From Strigamia acuminata (lineage: Eukaryota): 64,000 nt of DNA. Numbering within the stretch: the first letter of the stretch is position 1; every line of letters starts with the position of its first letter. The DNA lies in contig OX442314.1 in assembly GCA_949358305.1 (NCBI GenBank), forward strand, positions 17,422,001 to 17,486,000, given 5' to 3'. A model generated the notes under the pieces. It was not told where the DNA came from and did no database searches. It saw nothing but the letters and a program-made list of their open reading frames with translations. This document shows positions 15,975 to 29,662 of the stretch, one piece after another. Made by a program: the position numbers and the translations under genes.

Positions 15975-18900
15975 TGAGCCGCGAACCGCGCTTCATCTGT
16001 GTTGCGAGTCAAGTCATGGCATAAGAGAAGTCGACTGAGTGTGCGCCGAGACCTCTCACCCCTTCTGGCGTCTCTCTGGGTGAAGGCATCTGATCAATAA
16101 GCGCAAGATGGGGGCATGTATAAAGAAAAAGTTCGATCCTTTTCGTCTTACACCAATAATTAATTCTAATTTCATCGTATATGACACACCTCAATGATAA
16201 ACAAACGAGTTTTTCAAGGTCTTTTAGGATCAAAGTTAAAAAGAAACTTCCTTAAAGACATAAAAATACATTTTTTCTCCCATTTATCATATTCATTTCC
16301 TTCACTTTACCTTTGTCAAGCCGTAGAGTATTTTAATATTACGTGCAAGAGCACATCTGTGCCGAAGGTTTCCCTTCTCCATCCATCCCGCCACCCCAAG
16401 GCAAGAAAAAGTGCATTTGCTTCATGATTTTCTCTTCACACCTGAGCTCCATATTACACCTGTGCTTTCTCTCTCACATTTTTTTAGGTTACCGCGTACG
16501 ACTAATGCGTTTGCAGCGGTTTCCTCATATTTTTCTTACTTTTTTTTCCCGTCATGTTGGCACATAAACTTAAAGTCGTAGAAAAATTAAAAATTAAAAT
16601 ATTTCACTTTTTATATTTTATGAGTGTAATATATAAATTTTTTAAAAAAATGTAGTAAGAAATGTGTTTTGAAGCTAAAGCAAAGAGACACCAACTAGAT
16701 TCAAGTACTTGGAGCAATAAAAACACACAACATCTGTAAAATTTAAATGTGTTTTCGTTTATTTTATTGCAATTAGTATTTTTTAAATTGAGTTTTGTCA
16801 TTTGTTTCATTTTATATTGCTCGAGGGCCGTTTTAAGTGCCCTCTTGTATGCAAATTGTGCGCCGCCAAGATCCCTGCTGACCGGTAGTGGACCCCGAAT
16901 ATTTGTTAGAATTTCATGTAAATCCGCGTGCTTGCCACTTACAACAATACCCATCACTGCGACGCCGGATTTATTTGCTACTCGCAAAACATCTAAAAAT
17001 AAATTAATTCCCTCGAATTCCTCTCGAATTCCATACTACAAATAAACATGAATGTACTTTTTCTTACCCCTTTTTCCCTCACTATAAAAACAAGCATTTG
17101 TGGCAGCTGGAGAGGAAACCAGCCAAACGCAGCTGCAACAATTAGGGAAGAAAGAAACTCATCGCCGACTTTGAAACACCTAATTTCCGCATTTCTTCTC
17201 GCATCTCGATACTGGAACTGAGATTTCTCACGTGTGATTTATTGAGAACTAATACGGGTCCCGACAGGTCAAAATCCCGTTGTGGCAGTTGATTATTTCG
17301 AACATAATCGGATTGAGATTAGAAATAGAGAAAGCTATGACATTTTTTCTTTCCTTTTCTTGATTTTTTCTCTTTCTGTCAGCAGTAAAAATCCAGTGCC
17401 CGCAGTCTACAAAAGCAGTTGTAAAAACACAATTTGAGTTTTGTGTTTTAGAAATAAAAAAAAGATGTCAATAAAACCTGAGAAAAACTGTCACAACTTA
17501 TTTATTGCCAAAAACTAAAAAGAAAAGAGCGAAAGAGAGGGAAAAAAAGAAAATACTGAAGTTATTGGCAACTGTAAAGAAAAAAAAGAATTCCAATTCA
17601 TTTTCTGTCAAGTAACCGGAAAAAGACTTTGATTCCCCAAAGAAATTTTCTGATGCTGATAAGTAAGTATGATAATGAGTCAATGGAAAAACTTTCCAAG
17701 TCACATTTTCAATTCAACTCCGAAGGGTTTCAACTTAAAACACTCGGAAATGGCTTCTTAGCTTTTGTAAACAAATTTAACATGCAAATAAATGATAATC
17801 GTAATAAAAATTCGTTTCCTTTCACGCCATAAAACCTGATAAAATAATACAAACACTAAAACACATTTCTTATTTTGTTTTCATTTCTCTTCCAACAAGC
17901 TTGAAAATCAATGCGAATTTCTTTGGGTCATTTTGCAAAACCATTTTCTTTTACACGATCTAATTCCTTCTGTATGATTAAACTCCAAGTTTATTCTCTT
18001 TCTTTATTCTTCAACTCCATCCATTCGAGTTGGAATAAAACAATATCATCATCTTTAAGAGCGGTTCAATTTACGACTTGGGAATTAATGCGAGAAAACG
18101 AACACTTGCTAAGAAGATTTAGAACTGAAGACGACTATCTAGCCCGATCTAGCTCAATAAAGCATTAGTCCAAAGTGGCGGTAAACACGTCGCCATCTGC
18201 GCAAACTCCATCCTTCATCAGAGTAACAATTGTCGAAAATATCGAACCATCAATTGCCAATAAATTGCGAGTAAACAATTCTGATTGGACGAATAAACAA
18301 GGTTAAATCCACCGTAGGTCAAGCGTAAATCAATAATTAAATACGCCGCAGCATCTCGTTGCTGTGGAAACCATATCCCAAACTCCTGCTGCCATCTGTG
18401 GATACAAATTGCACGCTCTATTAGTCGTGTGAATATTGCACAACTCGAGATGAAATCTGCACGATGGATTAACCTCAAAGCGCACCAGTGAAATATTTGG
18501 TCCATCCCACTTCTCATTTCAACTGGATTATGGATTATAAATGGCGTAGCGAGGAAATTATCTTCGTGGATTAATGGTAGTAATTACATGTAATCCAATT
18601 ATAGACCACTCTACAAAATCCATAGATCTGTTATTCTCGGATATAATTCAACATAAATCCCCCATGAACTAAAAAGAAACATTGTTTCCAGACGAGAAAA
18701 TAAAGCCTTCATTGGTTACTGGGCTTTTTATCTGCTTTCCTTTCTGTTATTATCTATTCTATTCTATAGTTATATTCAATAAAATAAATGGAAAACAACG
18801 GAAAGCTTGTTTATCCACCAAGTGATGAGTTTCAACCAAAAGGGATTTGTTATTTCGTTTGGAAATGGAGTTTGCAGTTTATTTATTCCTTCATTTCTTT

Positions 18901-20955
18901 ATATTTTCATCGTGGGACGTAAAACACCAAACATTCTAAGAAATTCCTTCGACATATAAATCACGATTTAGTGACTTTTTTTATAGTCAGAAGTCGCACT
19001 CGTTTTTATCCCTCATTATCGGGTAGAATATATGATATGTAGAACATTTTTATCTTGCATCATTCATTGTTAAAAATTCACTTCACATTTTGCAGGAAAT
19101 AAGAACAAGAACAATTTCCAGTAAAAAAAAAAAGCACGACTGTAATAAAAATAAAAAAATAAAAAAATAAAGTATTACTCATAAATCAGGAAACTATATA
19201 ACATTTTACATTCACAATAACAAAACATTTCAACAGTTACAACAGTTTTCTGGAAAAAAACGCAAAAATCGTGATTCACAAATAATCCGCTAATCAAACT
19301 TCCTAAAATCCAGAAAATCAGTTATAAACATCCTTTATGCAACAACGGTTACGAATAAATATGACGTCAAAATCAAATTCAAAACCAACAAACGTATTTA
19401 CACGAATCAATTTTCTTTGTCACTAGAAATTCAATTTCATTAGGAGTTTTACCAGCTAATTAATGCACGAATACGGGTAATATCAAGAATATTCTTGGTA
19501 ACAGTTTGAAACATTGCAAATGCGGGTTGTCTAATATTAGATTGGCAAAAAAGGAATTCAATTTTCGTCGAACAAACCAATAGCAAAGAATAGACGAATG
19601 AGCCTCTTATTCCTTTATGAGGGTTCCCATAGCCAATCTCCAAGCCCAACACTTCAACTTGCCAATTATGTTTCAAATAGGCCTAGGTGAAGGGCGGTGA
19701 CTAGAAGGGCTCTCGACCTTTTATTCCCTACTGGTTTGTTCTAGATTGGATTGAAAGAACCACAGCACCAACGACATGGGTTGACACACACACACAAGCT
19801 AGTTTATTTTTTTTCCTTTGAAACTTTTTTCCTGAATACAAAAAAAAATTTGCTGAAGAGCTTCCATAAATAAATCACGAATGAAAATCACGTGACTGGC
19901 GTGTAATTTTTACACAATTTACTACATTTTCAAGCTTTGCCAGACAAAAGATTTGAGAAAAAAAGGAAGAAAATAGATTTGGTTGTCAGGGGAAATACAG
20001 TGTAAAGGATCGTTTTATTTTTAGAAAAGACTTTCTTTTCCCTGCTCAAAGGACTCAAGAACCCCAGAGGGAGTCAGAAACCCGAGAAAAAACCCAAGTT
20101 GCAAACGGACACAAGAAGAATCACATTTCAGAATCAGCATCGAAATTAGCCGCAGACTGCATAAAACAAGTTCTAAACTTAGCCAAACCAACCCTCACGA
20201 GATGAAAATCTCTTGTTTACCTGTCAAACTTCAAAACTAGGCCTAGGCGAGTGGAAAATTTATATTTTTATTATTCCAAAAGAAAAATAGAAAAACAAAC
20301 AGAGAGAGGAAATACAAAATTCCTTAATTAACCATGATCTCATTTTCTCTCTCCATATTTTGTTTCACAGCATAAAATAAAATAAAAAAATTCTTTTCGC
20401 AAATTCCACTTGATTTGAATAAAGCAGGTACAATTGAGGTCAAGTATGTACTTTATAATAATACCTATTATCTACTAGACGTCGGCCGACACTGTGCCCC
20501 ACGTTTTAATTATGTACAAGGCTCGATATGTGAAATTTATCTGTTTGGCAATGGCCTTGATAGCTGATTGAATTTCGCCTGAAATTTCAACTTCCCTTTA
20601 TCATTCGATCCCTGCAATTGATCGAAACAAATAGAGCGGAACACCGCTTCTCATTTGATTCCTCACAATCCTTTCATTCCATTTACTCATCCAAACATTT
20701 TCTCCCGATAAAAACATAACAGGATGGCCAACTCGAAAAAACAAGCAAATTCTTCCTTGTTTCCATAGCAGCGCCAGCTGTATTCTATCGCGTGCGCCAA
20801 ACGCGCGTGACAACAAAATGAAATCAGGGGCCACGTTTGTCACACCTGCTGATAACAGAAAGAAAAGTGTGGTCTACAGCTGAAGAGCCAACTTAAAGAG
20901 GACGCACGGCTGCGTATCCAATAAACTAAGTTAGAGAACTTAACACTAGACTTAC

Positions 20956-23900
20956 CTATATGTGCTCCGGGTGAGAGGAGTTTCGCACCTATAAAAGGGA
21001 TAACAAAAAAATAAAAATAAAAAAATAAGAAATTGAAATTATAATTAAAACGTATCGTTAAATCTTTCCATTTTGGGGAGCAGGTGACCCAATTAAGCTT
21101 CGAGGTGAGAAGATGTCACATGTGAGTGAGCAAGTAAATAAAAGCAGGTTGGTGAGTTTAGGGGTTAAATGAGATGAGATTTCAATTCATCTCTGCCCCC
21201 GTATAGAAATTTAATTTCAAGGTGTCTGATGGAAACCTTGAAATTATTTATCCGTCCAATAGTGGTTCAGTAATAAGCCGAGCTTTTATCACGTTTTCCC
21301 GAAGGTAATAAAAGATCTTTTAAGATCATGCATTTTGGAATGATAAATTACATTTAATTAAACGTGTAAATGTCACATCCTTCATAAAATTAATGAATAC
21401 GGAAAATGAGTTTCATTCGGAAGACTTTTAACTAATTTCCATGGCCTCAATTTAAGGTCGATGAACACAAAAGGAATTGGTATTAAATTTCCAAATTCCA
21501 CTCGATAGTGTGTCCTTCTTTCCGCAATTGTGTCCTTGTTTTGTCACCGACCCTGCCCCCCATGTTGAACTGTTTTCCCCTTTCACTGACCTCACTAACC
21601 TTGTTTGAAGGAAACAACCAACTAAATAAATTGTTGTCTTATTTTAATATCTGCCAAACATGTGTTAAATTGCGTTTTAAATAAAGATCACATCGAATGA
21701 AAAATAAAAATAAAAATAAGTTGATGCAAGAGTTTGAGCTTTAGCAGGCCTTGTTCAAACGATTTCTCTACCAAATTGATAATCAATAAAGAACTTTCCC
21801 TTTAGAGACATACTCCATTTTGTCCCAATAAACCCTGCAAATTGAACAAAACTCACCTCAATTTGTACTTTAAACTCGCTCTTTTTACGTCGTACATTAT
21901 CAATGAAAATAAAAGGGTCAAACAACAACATGAAAGACAACTGTTTTCATACAAAAACTTAGAAAATGGGCGACGCCGAAAACAGGATGTCCGATTTAAA
22001 ACCTACTAACTCAAATCCTGTTTTCCCTACCTACCGAATAATATTTTAAAAATAATAATTATTATTATTATCATCATAAAACAAAAAAAAGATGCACGCT
22101 TCATGAATCGACTTACCTAAATTCATTTACGGGCACTGTGTGAGACGATACGTAACACGTCCACGCCATGCTTAAACCACGAGTAACTGACCACAAACAA
22201 AACAAGTAACCACTACAAAAACCGGAAGCTCGACCTCGGCACACCAAACCAATGCCTTGACGTCATTTTCTCACAACTCGATCGGTAAAACATGTTGCTA
22301 GACGTTGCACCTCTAAAGTAAACAAATATCAACATCCCCTCGAGCCCGGAGAAATAAAGTGAGCCTTAATTTGCGTCAACCCACTAGACAATTGCGTAAT
22401 CACGAAATAATGCTTTTGTCGATATTAATGTGGAATGACTCAACATAAAGCACGCACTCCACACGATTTTATGGGATGATTCTGGTTGATCCTTCCAGTA
22501 GTCATATGCTCATCTCAAAAGTTAAACTGCGCATATCTAAAGAGTCAAAACTGCGGTTTTACTCTCGGCCTATTTTAACAGTTCTCCTTAGGTCACGCCA
22601 GGATACTTTCATTATACATTATACAACTTTCTTCTTTAGAAAATAAAACAATACCCACCATAAATTTTAACGAGATAAAATAAAAATAGGGTCAACAATG
22701 TTTGGTCAAATTTATATCCCTATAATACCAACCATGTCCTTCGAACAAAATAAGTAGGAAATTGCCGCCAATTAAATCACGAGCAAAGCAGATTGAGGTT
22801 TGCTTTCCTCTCCACTTCATACTTTTTGCACTTGTTAATTAATTTTTCGTGGGATTTTAACTCTCACCTAACATGTGTCAAGTGACAATGTTATTTTTAT
22901 TTTCAATTCAAAGTGTAGCATACAAGACCTCGCCATGAAATCGCCACTCGAGTGGAATTCAATTTGGCTCCGTTCCACTACTTGGCTTTTGGCAGTGGGA
23001 CGCTCAACTCGACTCTCGACACAAGATTACACCTGGAATTCATCCATGTACAACCACACCAACAACACTTCATCATCTAACCCCTTTTCTCTATTGATAA
23101 ATTGTAATAAACAAGTCCCCATCAATTTAATGACTATATTAAACTCCCTAACAAACATGTAAAAAGCGCCTTAAAATTTAACGAGTCCAGCACTGAATGA
23201 AATAAGTCGTGCGAGTATCGACTTAATAACATTTCATCCTTTCATGTCTGCAGGATAGTCGTTAGCACCAAGGCGTTTGAGGCGGCACGCGACAATTTTG
23301 CGCCAGTCAGACTGGCACCCAATCTAAAGGTAAAAGTGGCTGACGCCAAAGCTCAAAGCAGACCCACCCACTCGACGAATCCCCTAATCCCCCTGCAATC
23401 AATCAGACACCGACCCGGAATAACGTTATGCGCATTACAAAATGCAAAAACAATGTCCTATTTTTCAAATATGTTTATATGAGCTTTTGTTCTCAACTTT
23501 TTCTGATGCAATCTGATGATTAACACCTGACAGTGACTCAATTTTCAATAGTGTTATAAAAGGAGTAAATATTTCAGTTTACCTAAGAGCACGTTTCTTG
23601 AATGACAAGTCGAGTGGAGCGACTCGTCTCAGCGACTTTGTTTGACGATCTAGTATATGCAAAGGAAAAACGCATGCCTAATAAGCTAATTATGATAACG
23701 AAGCTCAACCAACTTCTCAAATAACTTCGCGCTCCAATACCTCATTACAACGAAACAATAATCTTTCCATCAACGCAAACTCAATAAATAAGTATGAAAA
23801 AAAAAATGCGTTGTAAAATGATATATATATTTTTTTAATTTAAAATTCGAACGAAAAAAGAATTTAAAATAAAATTAAAAAAAACCTTTCCTCATGTTAA

Positions 23901-26900
23901 ATGAATAATTCGAGAGGGAAAACCCACAGCTGTAACAATTCAAGCATTGCAACAATTCCGCTGTAAAATTAAATTTCAATTTCTATTCACAGAAATTGTG
24001 AAAATAAATCAGCAAAATTGTTGCTCCAACGCAACTTGATTGATTACTTGCAACTATGGCACAAAAACTAAACAAAGTTAGCAACAACATCAACAAGCAC
24101 TTAACCACAGTCTAAATGTTAATACTTTAACAGCATACCTTGAAATTAGTCCACGATCAAATCGCTCTCTCTCTTTCTGTCTCTAGGTGACAACAGTCCT
24201 ATTAACAAGGGATATTATAAATTCACGCGCCAAACGGCCAGGTGTGGCCCAAAGCGGAGGGGAAAAATTTAGATGGAGCGTTGAAGCAGCTGCGGGGGCG
24301 GGAACACCATGGCGCCGCCAACTGATCAATGAGAGACGCAGCTCGGCGGATCCAGGAAACGCGCCAAAATGGAGAGAAAAGGTAGAATAATTTCCTTCGA
24401 ACGATGATTTGTTGCGTCAAAAAACGCGATAATACAAAAATGCGATCAATCTCATTAAAGAAACAAAAGAAAAAGAAAAACAAACCCGAATTTATTGAAA
24501 ATCGTTTCAATAACAACATTTAAGATGATTATCAAAAGGCTCTAAAAGGTCCTTACTTTCAGCCAAGGCATTGTTTAGGCAGCCAGATGTTAAAACTTTA
24601 ATGTGTTTAATATTTCATGATAAATCCAGTAATGATAAAAAAAAGCACACGATTTATATTAATTCATTTTGTTGGCACTAGATGGACTCACGCATCACAA
24701 ACAACTGCAGATCACAATAACGATACGAAATCAATAGTGATAACAGAAGTATACTTTTCTCAGTGATAAGCACAATATCACCTAAAAAATCTATATGCCA
24801 GTTGTTCAAAACAATGAATTACCAATTTTAATTGTCTCTACTTTTATATTTAAAAAAAAAATTTAAAAATATATTTTTTAAATGATTAGAATGCCGAAAT
24901 GAAGAAGAAATAGAAAGGGTCAGTGAACCCAAAATGTATTTTGGTTTGTTCCCTCAAGACTACTTATTTGAGATCCATAATTAAAGTTAATTTAACATTT
25001 TTATAAGGTGGAAATAAAATTGGTATGAAATTGCCCCAGAGAGGTATTACAGTAAAAAAAAAAAAGTAAAAAAAAGAAAAGTTTCAAACTCATCCTTGAT
25101 CTAGATATAAATATTGGAGGATACTACAGTTCGCGCCCGGTATCTTGATGCTAAATTCGTACTGCGCATTCCATTCTGCGCAGACGATTTTCTAATTCCA
25201 GTTGTTATTCAGCAGTATATTAAGCCTAATATTAGGTCTAGTAATGCCTAAATAAAGTAAATACTCCGTAAACAACAAAAAACTCATTATTAAAAGTAAT
25301 TTACACCGTAGTACCAAAATATTGTTTCTTATTTACTTTATTTAAGCATTAAATAATAAGCTTAATACCGTTAAATAACTGGAATTAGAAAATCGTCTGC
25401 GCAGAATGGAATGCGCAGTACGAATTCAGCATCAAGACACCGGGCGCGAACTGTAAGTGGCTACCATGATTCTATAGTAAGGTTGGAGAATGGGAGATGC
25501 AATTGCAACCCGTTAAGCAACAACTTAATCTCACCTGAGTGCTCACCAACTGAAAGCTCAACTCATTCGTCGTCTGGGTAACGCAAACTGTTTCTGACCA
25601 TCGTGGGATTAAGGGAAATGTACAGTAAACATCACTTTCATTTAGAAGGAACAAAAAACATTTTACTTTCTCTAATGGTTTCATTTTTTTTTTTGTATCT
25701 CCCCTTTCTCTATCTCTTTTTACTACTGTGTACTTAATCTTGCTTTTAATACAAGACTTTTGTACCATTATCAACTTCTTTTTTCCTTTATTCGTTTTAT
25801 GATGCACGTGACACATCTCACTCATAATTTAAATGCCATTAAAATTCCAAGTAAGTTTCTATTAAGTACCTTACCCAAATTAAGCTTTTTAAGCGTGACA
25901 AAAATGTAATGTTTAAAATCTAATATAGAATAATGTAAAATAGATAAAATTTTAACATTTTTTTTGTTCTTGGTCAAATATTTTCACATTTATTACGGAA
26001 TACATAAGGTTACATCACAAACATTTTGATGTTTGTTCTCTTGTAACCTAAAGTGTTTGAGCATGCATAATTGATCGTTACAAACCCTAGGTAAACTTTG
26101 TAAATTTTGAACTTAAATTGTCAACCTCAAACCAAACAATCGTTTAAAACCTAAACTTAATTTTCAGCTTTCAAACACGCAGTGTTTGTATAATTTAAAA
26201 ACAAAAAGTCTAATGAAATAACAAAATGTTTTCTTACATTTCTTACCAAACTCTTCGTGCTTGAAATCAAGAAATCATTTATTCTCGTCATGCAATAAAT
26301 CAAAAAAGAAAAGAAAAAGAAGAAGAAAAAAAACTTACTTTGTACATTTGAAGCAGTTTCGATGATACATCAAACCCTCCTCTTGAACCTTATCATGGGC
26401 CACAACAAAACCACAAACAGAGCACCTGTTGGGCAAAGGGAGGCGCAACTTCATCCCTGAAATGTTCTTGAGACTTGCACTCATGAATCCTTTGGCCTTA
26501 GACGTGACCTGCGTTCCTCCACCGCCTCCTCCTTCCCCTGCGGCTGGCGGGCCAGTCAGGTCCTGCGTGCTGCTGGAGAGGGTATCTTTCCTCGTCGACT
26601 TGTGTCCCAAACTCAATGATGTGTGACTCAGAGCCTTTTGCAACTTTAGCGTAAAGTTTGGACTACTAAAACTCTTGAGTGTGTAACGCGATTTGTCCGA
26701 ATGAGGCGACCGAGTGGCCACCGGCGTGTGGCTTAAAGTGGCAGTAGGGGTAGAAGCAGAAGAGGCGGCAGGTGGCGCTGCACCGGATGACATCAACGTA
26801 TTTGCAGTGAGCGATCTCTGGATGGCCGATGATACCACCACCGAGCAACTGGACGGCGAAGACCCTGAAGAACTCTGGTCCACACTTGGACCCCGTGTCA

Positions 26901-27495
26901 TCAACTCCTCCTCGTCTTCCTGTAAATCTAATTTGAAGTCCTCACCTAAAAAAATACAAAAAAAAACAATATTTAATTCCAAATTCATTTTTTTCCTTCA
27001 CTTTTTTTATTTTACCCAATCAACACACGCTTCTCAAACAACATACCCAATTCGATTAGACTTAATTGTATTTTTACACAAACTATATTAGCTTCGTCAA
27101 CACCACTGTCACTCCGCAACACAATCAATACAATAAGCCGCATTCAATCCGTCTCGATTGTTTTGATCGTCGTGACTGTGCTAATTTTTGCCCGATTTCT
27201 TCTCACAAATCAATGAAATCAAATTAAAGGGATGGTTTTTCGTACCTGCGATCAAAGAGCGTCCATTCAGATTGCCCATTGACACAGGTGTGGTCCAGAA
27301 ATACAGCAGTTGGTCCATTTCTTGCGTACTCAAACTAGTGGGTGTTTGCGGATTCGAGGTGGAAGTGTGATCATCCTGACTCGAGGCGGACGGGTTTGGT
27401 GATCCAGGTGAGGCAGACAGACCTTGCGGGGAGTACAGGTCGAGATCTGAATTGCCCCCCATGTTTCCGAACAGGTCTGGCATCATGAGGTCCAT
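20956..27495 (-). CDS. LIM-type zinc-finger protein, 5' coding exons only (27495-27246, 26945-26339, 20988-20956); gene probably continues left beyond the window
   Basis: AG/GT boundaries with matching phases (1, then 2, then 2). The spliced product has a Ser/Pro-rich N-terminus followed by CSVCGFVVAHDKVQEEGLMYHRNCFKCTK|CETPLTRSTY, a C-x2-C...H-x2-C-x2-C-x2-C LIM pattern. The exon with the last LIM ligands was not found. Confidence 0.75.
21857..21897 (-). CDS. Candidate alternative first coding exon (MYDVKRASLKYKL)
   Basis: ATG to AG|gtgagt donor, 41 nt, phase 2. Confidence 0.3.
22117..22169 (-). CDS. Candidate alternative first coding exon (MAWTCYVSSHTVPVNEF)
   Basis: ATG to perfect AG|gtaagt donor, 53 nt, phase 2. 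Confidence 0.4.
25127..25453. mobile_element. Tc1/mariner-superfamily MITE
   Basis: About 77-bp terminal inverted repeats starting CAGTTCGCGCCCGG and ending CCGGGCGCGAACTG; TA on both sides (25125-26, 25454-55); AT-rich non-coding interior. Confidence 0.9.
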
Positions 27496-29424
27496 GATTG
27501 ATGACTGTCAACAAGTTATGTCGTACCTGCAATGTAGGAATAGCGCGTTTATTGGTTTTATTACACGTTTAATAATTTAATAAATTTGATATGAGTTTTC
27601 TTGCGCGATCCATCAAACTCTCAGTCGGACACATGTGTCGTTATCAAGCGCGCACACGTCACAAAATAGGTCAGCTTGATTAATTTTCACGGTTGATTTC
27701 AATCGGGCCAACACCCACATCATATCTAAGACCAATTTCGGAGCAAAGTCATTTTAATTAACTTCGTAACTAAATTAAATTAAATCTAGAAAAAATATCC
27801 ATTTTATCAAGTTTTTTTTTCTTTTGCTAAATTATTAATTTGCAACCTCTTGTGTTGCAATTTTCAATTTATGGATCCACAAGCCGGAAACCTGAGACGT
27901 GTATGTGCTCATTACAAGCAATCAATTGAATATTAAAACAACTTTCGAGCAAAAATAAAAGTTTATTTTTGTTAAATTTAATTTATGAACAATTAAAAAA
28001 GTATCACACACCTTATTCGTTGCATCAAGCCCATTCTAAACCCATCTAATTAAACCTGTAAACTGTAATAAATCATTGAAGAAAATAATTATATTTAATC
28101 CCTACGGTACTCAAAAAAATAAAAATAAATATGTAATGAACACATACCAGGCTCTACGGTTCCTCCTGCAAATGCCGTTATTATTATTCCACCCTCATAT
28201 GTTGAGACCAGTAATGTTGCTATGGAAACCCATCTATTTCAACCCCCTCGTATCGATCAGTTCGTAACCCCCTCAATGAACGTGTGGGCTTTCCAGCATT
28301 GATTTTACACACGCATGTACAAATTCCTTTACTCCAAAAACCTCAAATACAAAGTCCCATAATTCATTTTTATTTGTACATAACACATTTGAAAAAATAT
28401 ACAAAAATCAGCATTAAAATAACAAAAAATAAAATATTAAAACAATTAATAAAACATTCGTTTCAACCCTTATCCAAACGCCAATCCTCTGAATTTTTCT
28501 CGTTTTCCTGCTAAAAATCTGTCCCTGCGCCCGCTGCCATGACGACGATGATTCAGCAGTGAAGCAGCTGTGTATGTGTGTTAAAATAAGGGGTGGGGAG
28601 GGTCACATAATCAATGTCACACTGATGTTCCCCACAATGCGTTTGTTTGAATCTCCAGTAGGCTTAAGTCCCGTCAGGGGTTGCAAGGCTGAATTGAGAT
28701 AAATTTTTCACTTTTCACTCGATTTTATATAGCGAGCGAAGTATTTTATATTTCATCATCTCATCTATTAAATGACTTTTTTACTAATTACTTTTAACGT
28801 GCAAAAGAAGATCCTTAACAAGCGACTCATCGGAATAACTCACCAAAATAGACTTTACTACACTGGGGGTCTCCCATTCCCCCCGCTGGAAAAGAGTGCA
28901 ACACGCCAAAAAAGGAAATTTACATTCTTATCATACAGCCAACCTCTGCCACATCTCAAGAACCCTGAGACATTATACACTTTCCGAAAAAAGAAAAGAA
29001 AAATTAAACTATCTTTCCTGAACAAGTACAAAACTCGCCATTAAGCTTATCTCCAATTTCTCTTTCTTCGCCCTAAAGTGAATAAACCAAACTCATTTCG
29101 CTTTCACTTTTACCAACCAACCATGCCCGAGACATGTTGCCGTGACAACTTGTGCCAAAAGAAAAAATGAAAATGATCTGCCAAAAACTAACAGTAAAGA
29201 TATACACAACGTGTGCAAACAAGTGCCAAAACCATATGAGACGTACGGCAATAAAAACATTTTTTTTCTTAACATAGATTCTGATGATCCATTTGAGATT
29301 TTATTTTTTCTTTATCGCCGAAACATAAATTTGGTGGAACAACAATATTTGTTTTCTCTTTCATTTGTACTAAATTTACCAAAACGAATTTTTAGCTAAT
29401 ACTTCCAATAAATACCATCGTATA

Positions 29425-29662
29425 CCGTATTTTATCGATTAAGAGTCGCCCTCGAATAGTAGCCACGGCTGAGACACCAAGAATACCGCATTTTTGCAAA
29501 ATTATGGTATTGTTTCCGTATTTAACCTCACAAACGATGAACGTACGCGTCGTTCGTGACGTTCAGACTTCACAAATGTAACAAACGAAAAACCGAAATT
29601 GTAATTGCTGACAAAAATGGCAGTATTGAATAAGAGCCGCGGCTCTTAATCGATAAAATACG
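29425..29662. mobile_element. pogo/Tigger-like MITE
   Basis: Inverted ends CCGTATTTTATCGATTAAGAG ... CTCTTAATCGATAAAATACG; TA on the left, right end eroded. Confidence 0.75.

Noticed and set aside
16604..16992. 127-aa minus ORF or internal exon of the LIM gene
   Set aside because: Stop in phase 2, no recognisable motif, cannot be placed in a consistent model
20820..20850. Exon completing the LIM domain just after the microexon
   Set aside because: Reads CDKRGP then stop; it does not supply the expected LIM spacing
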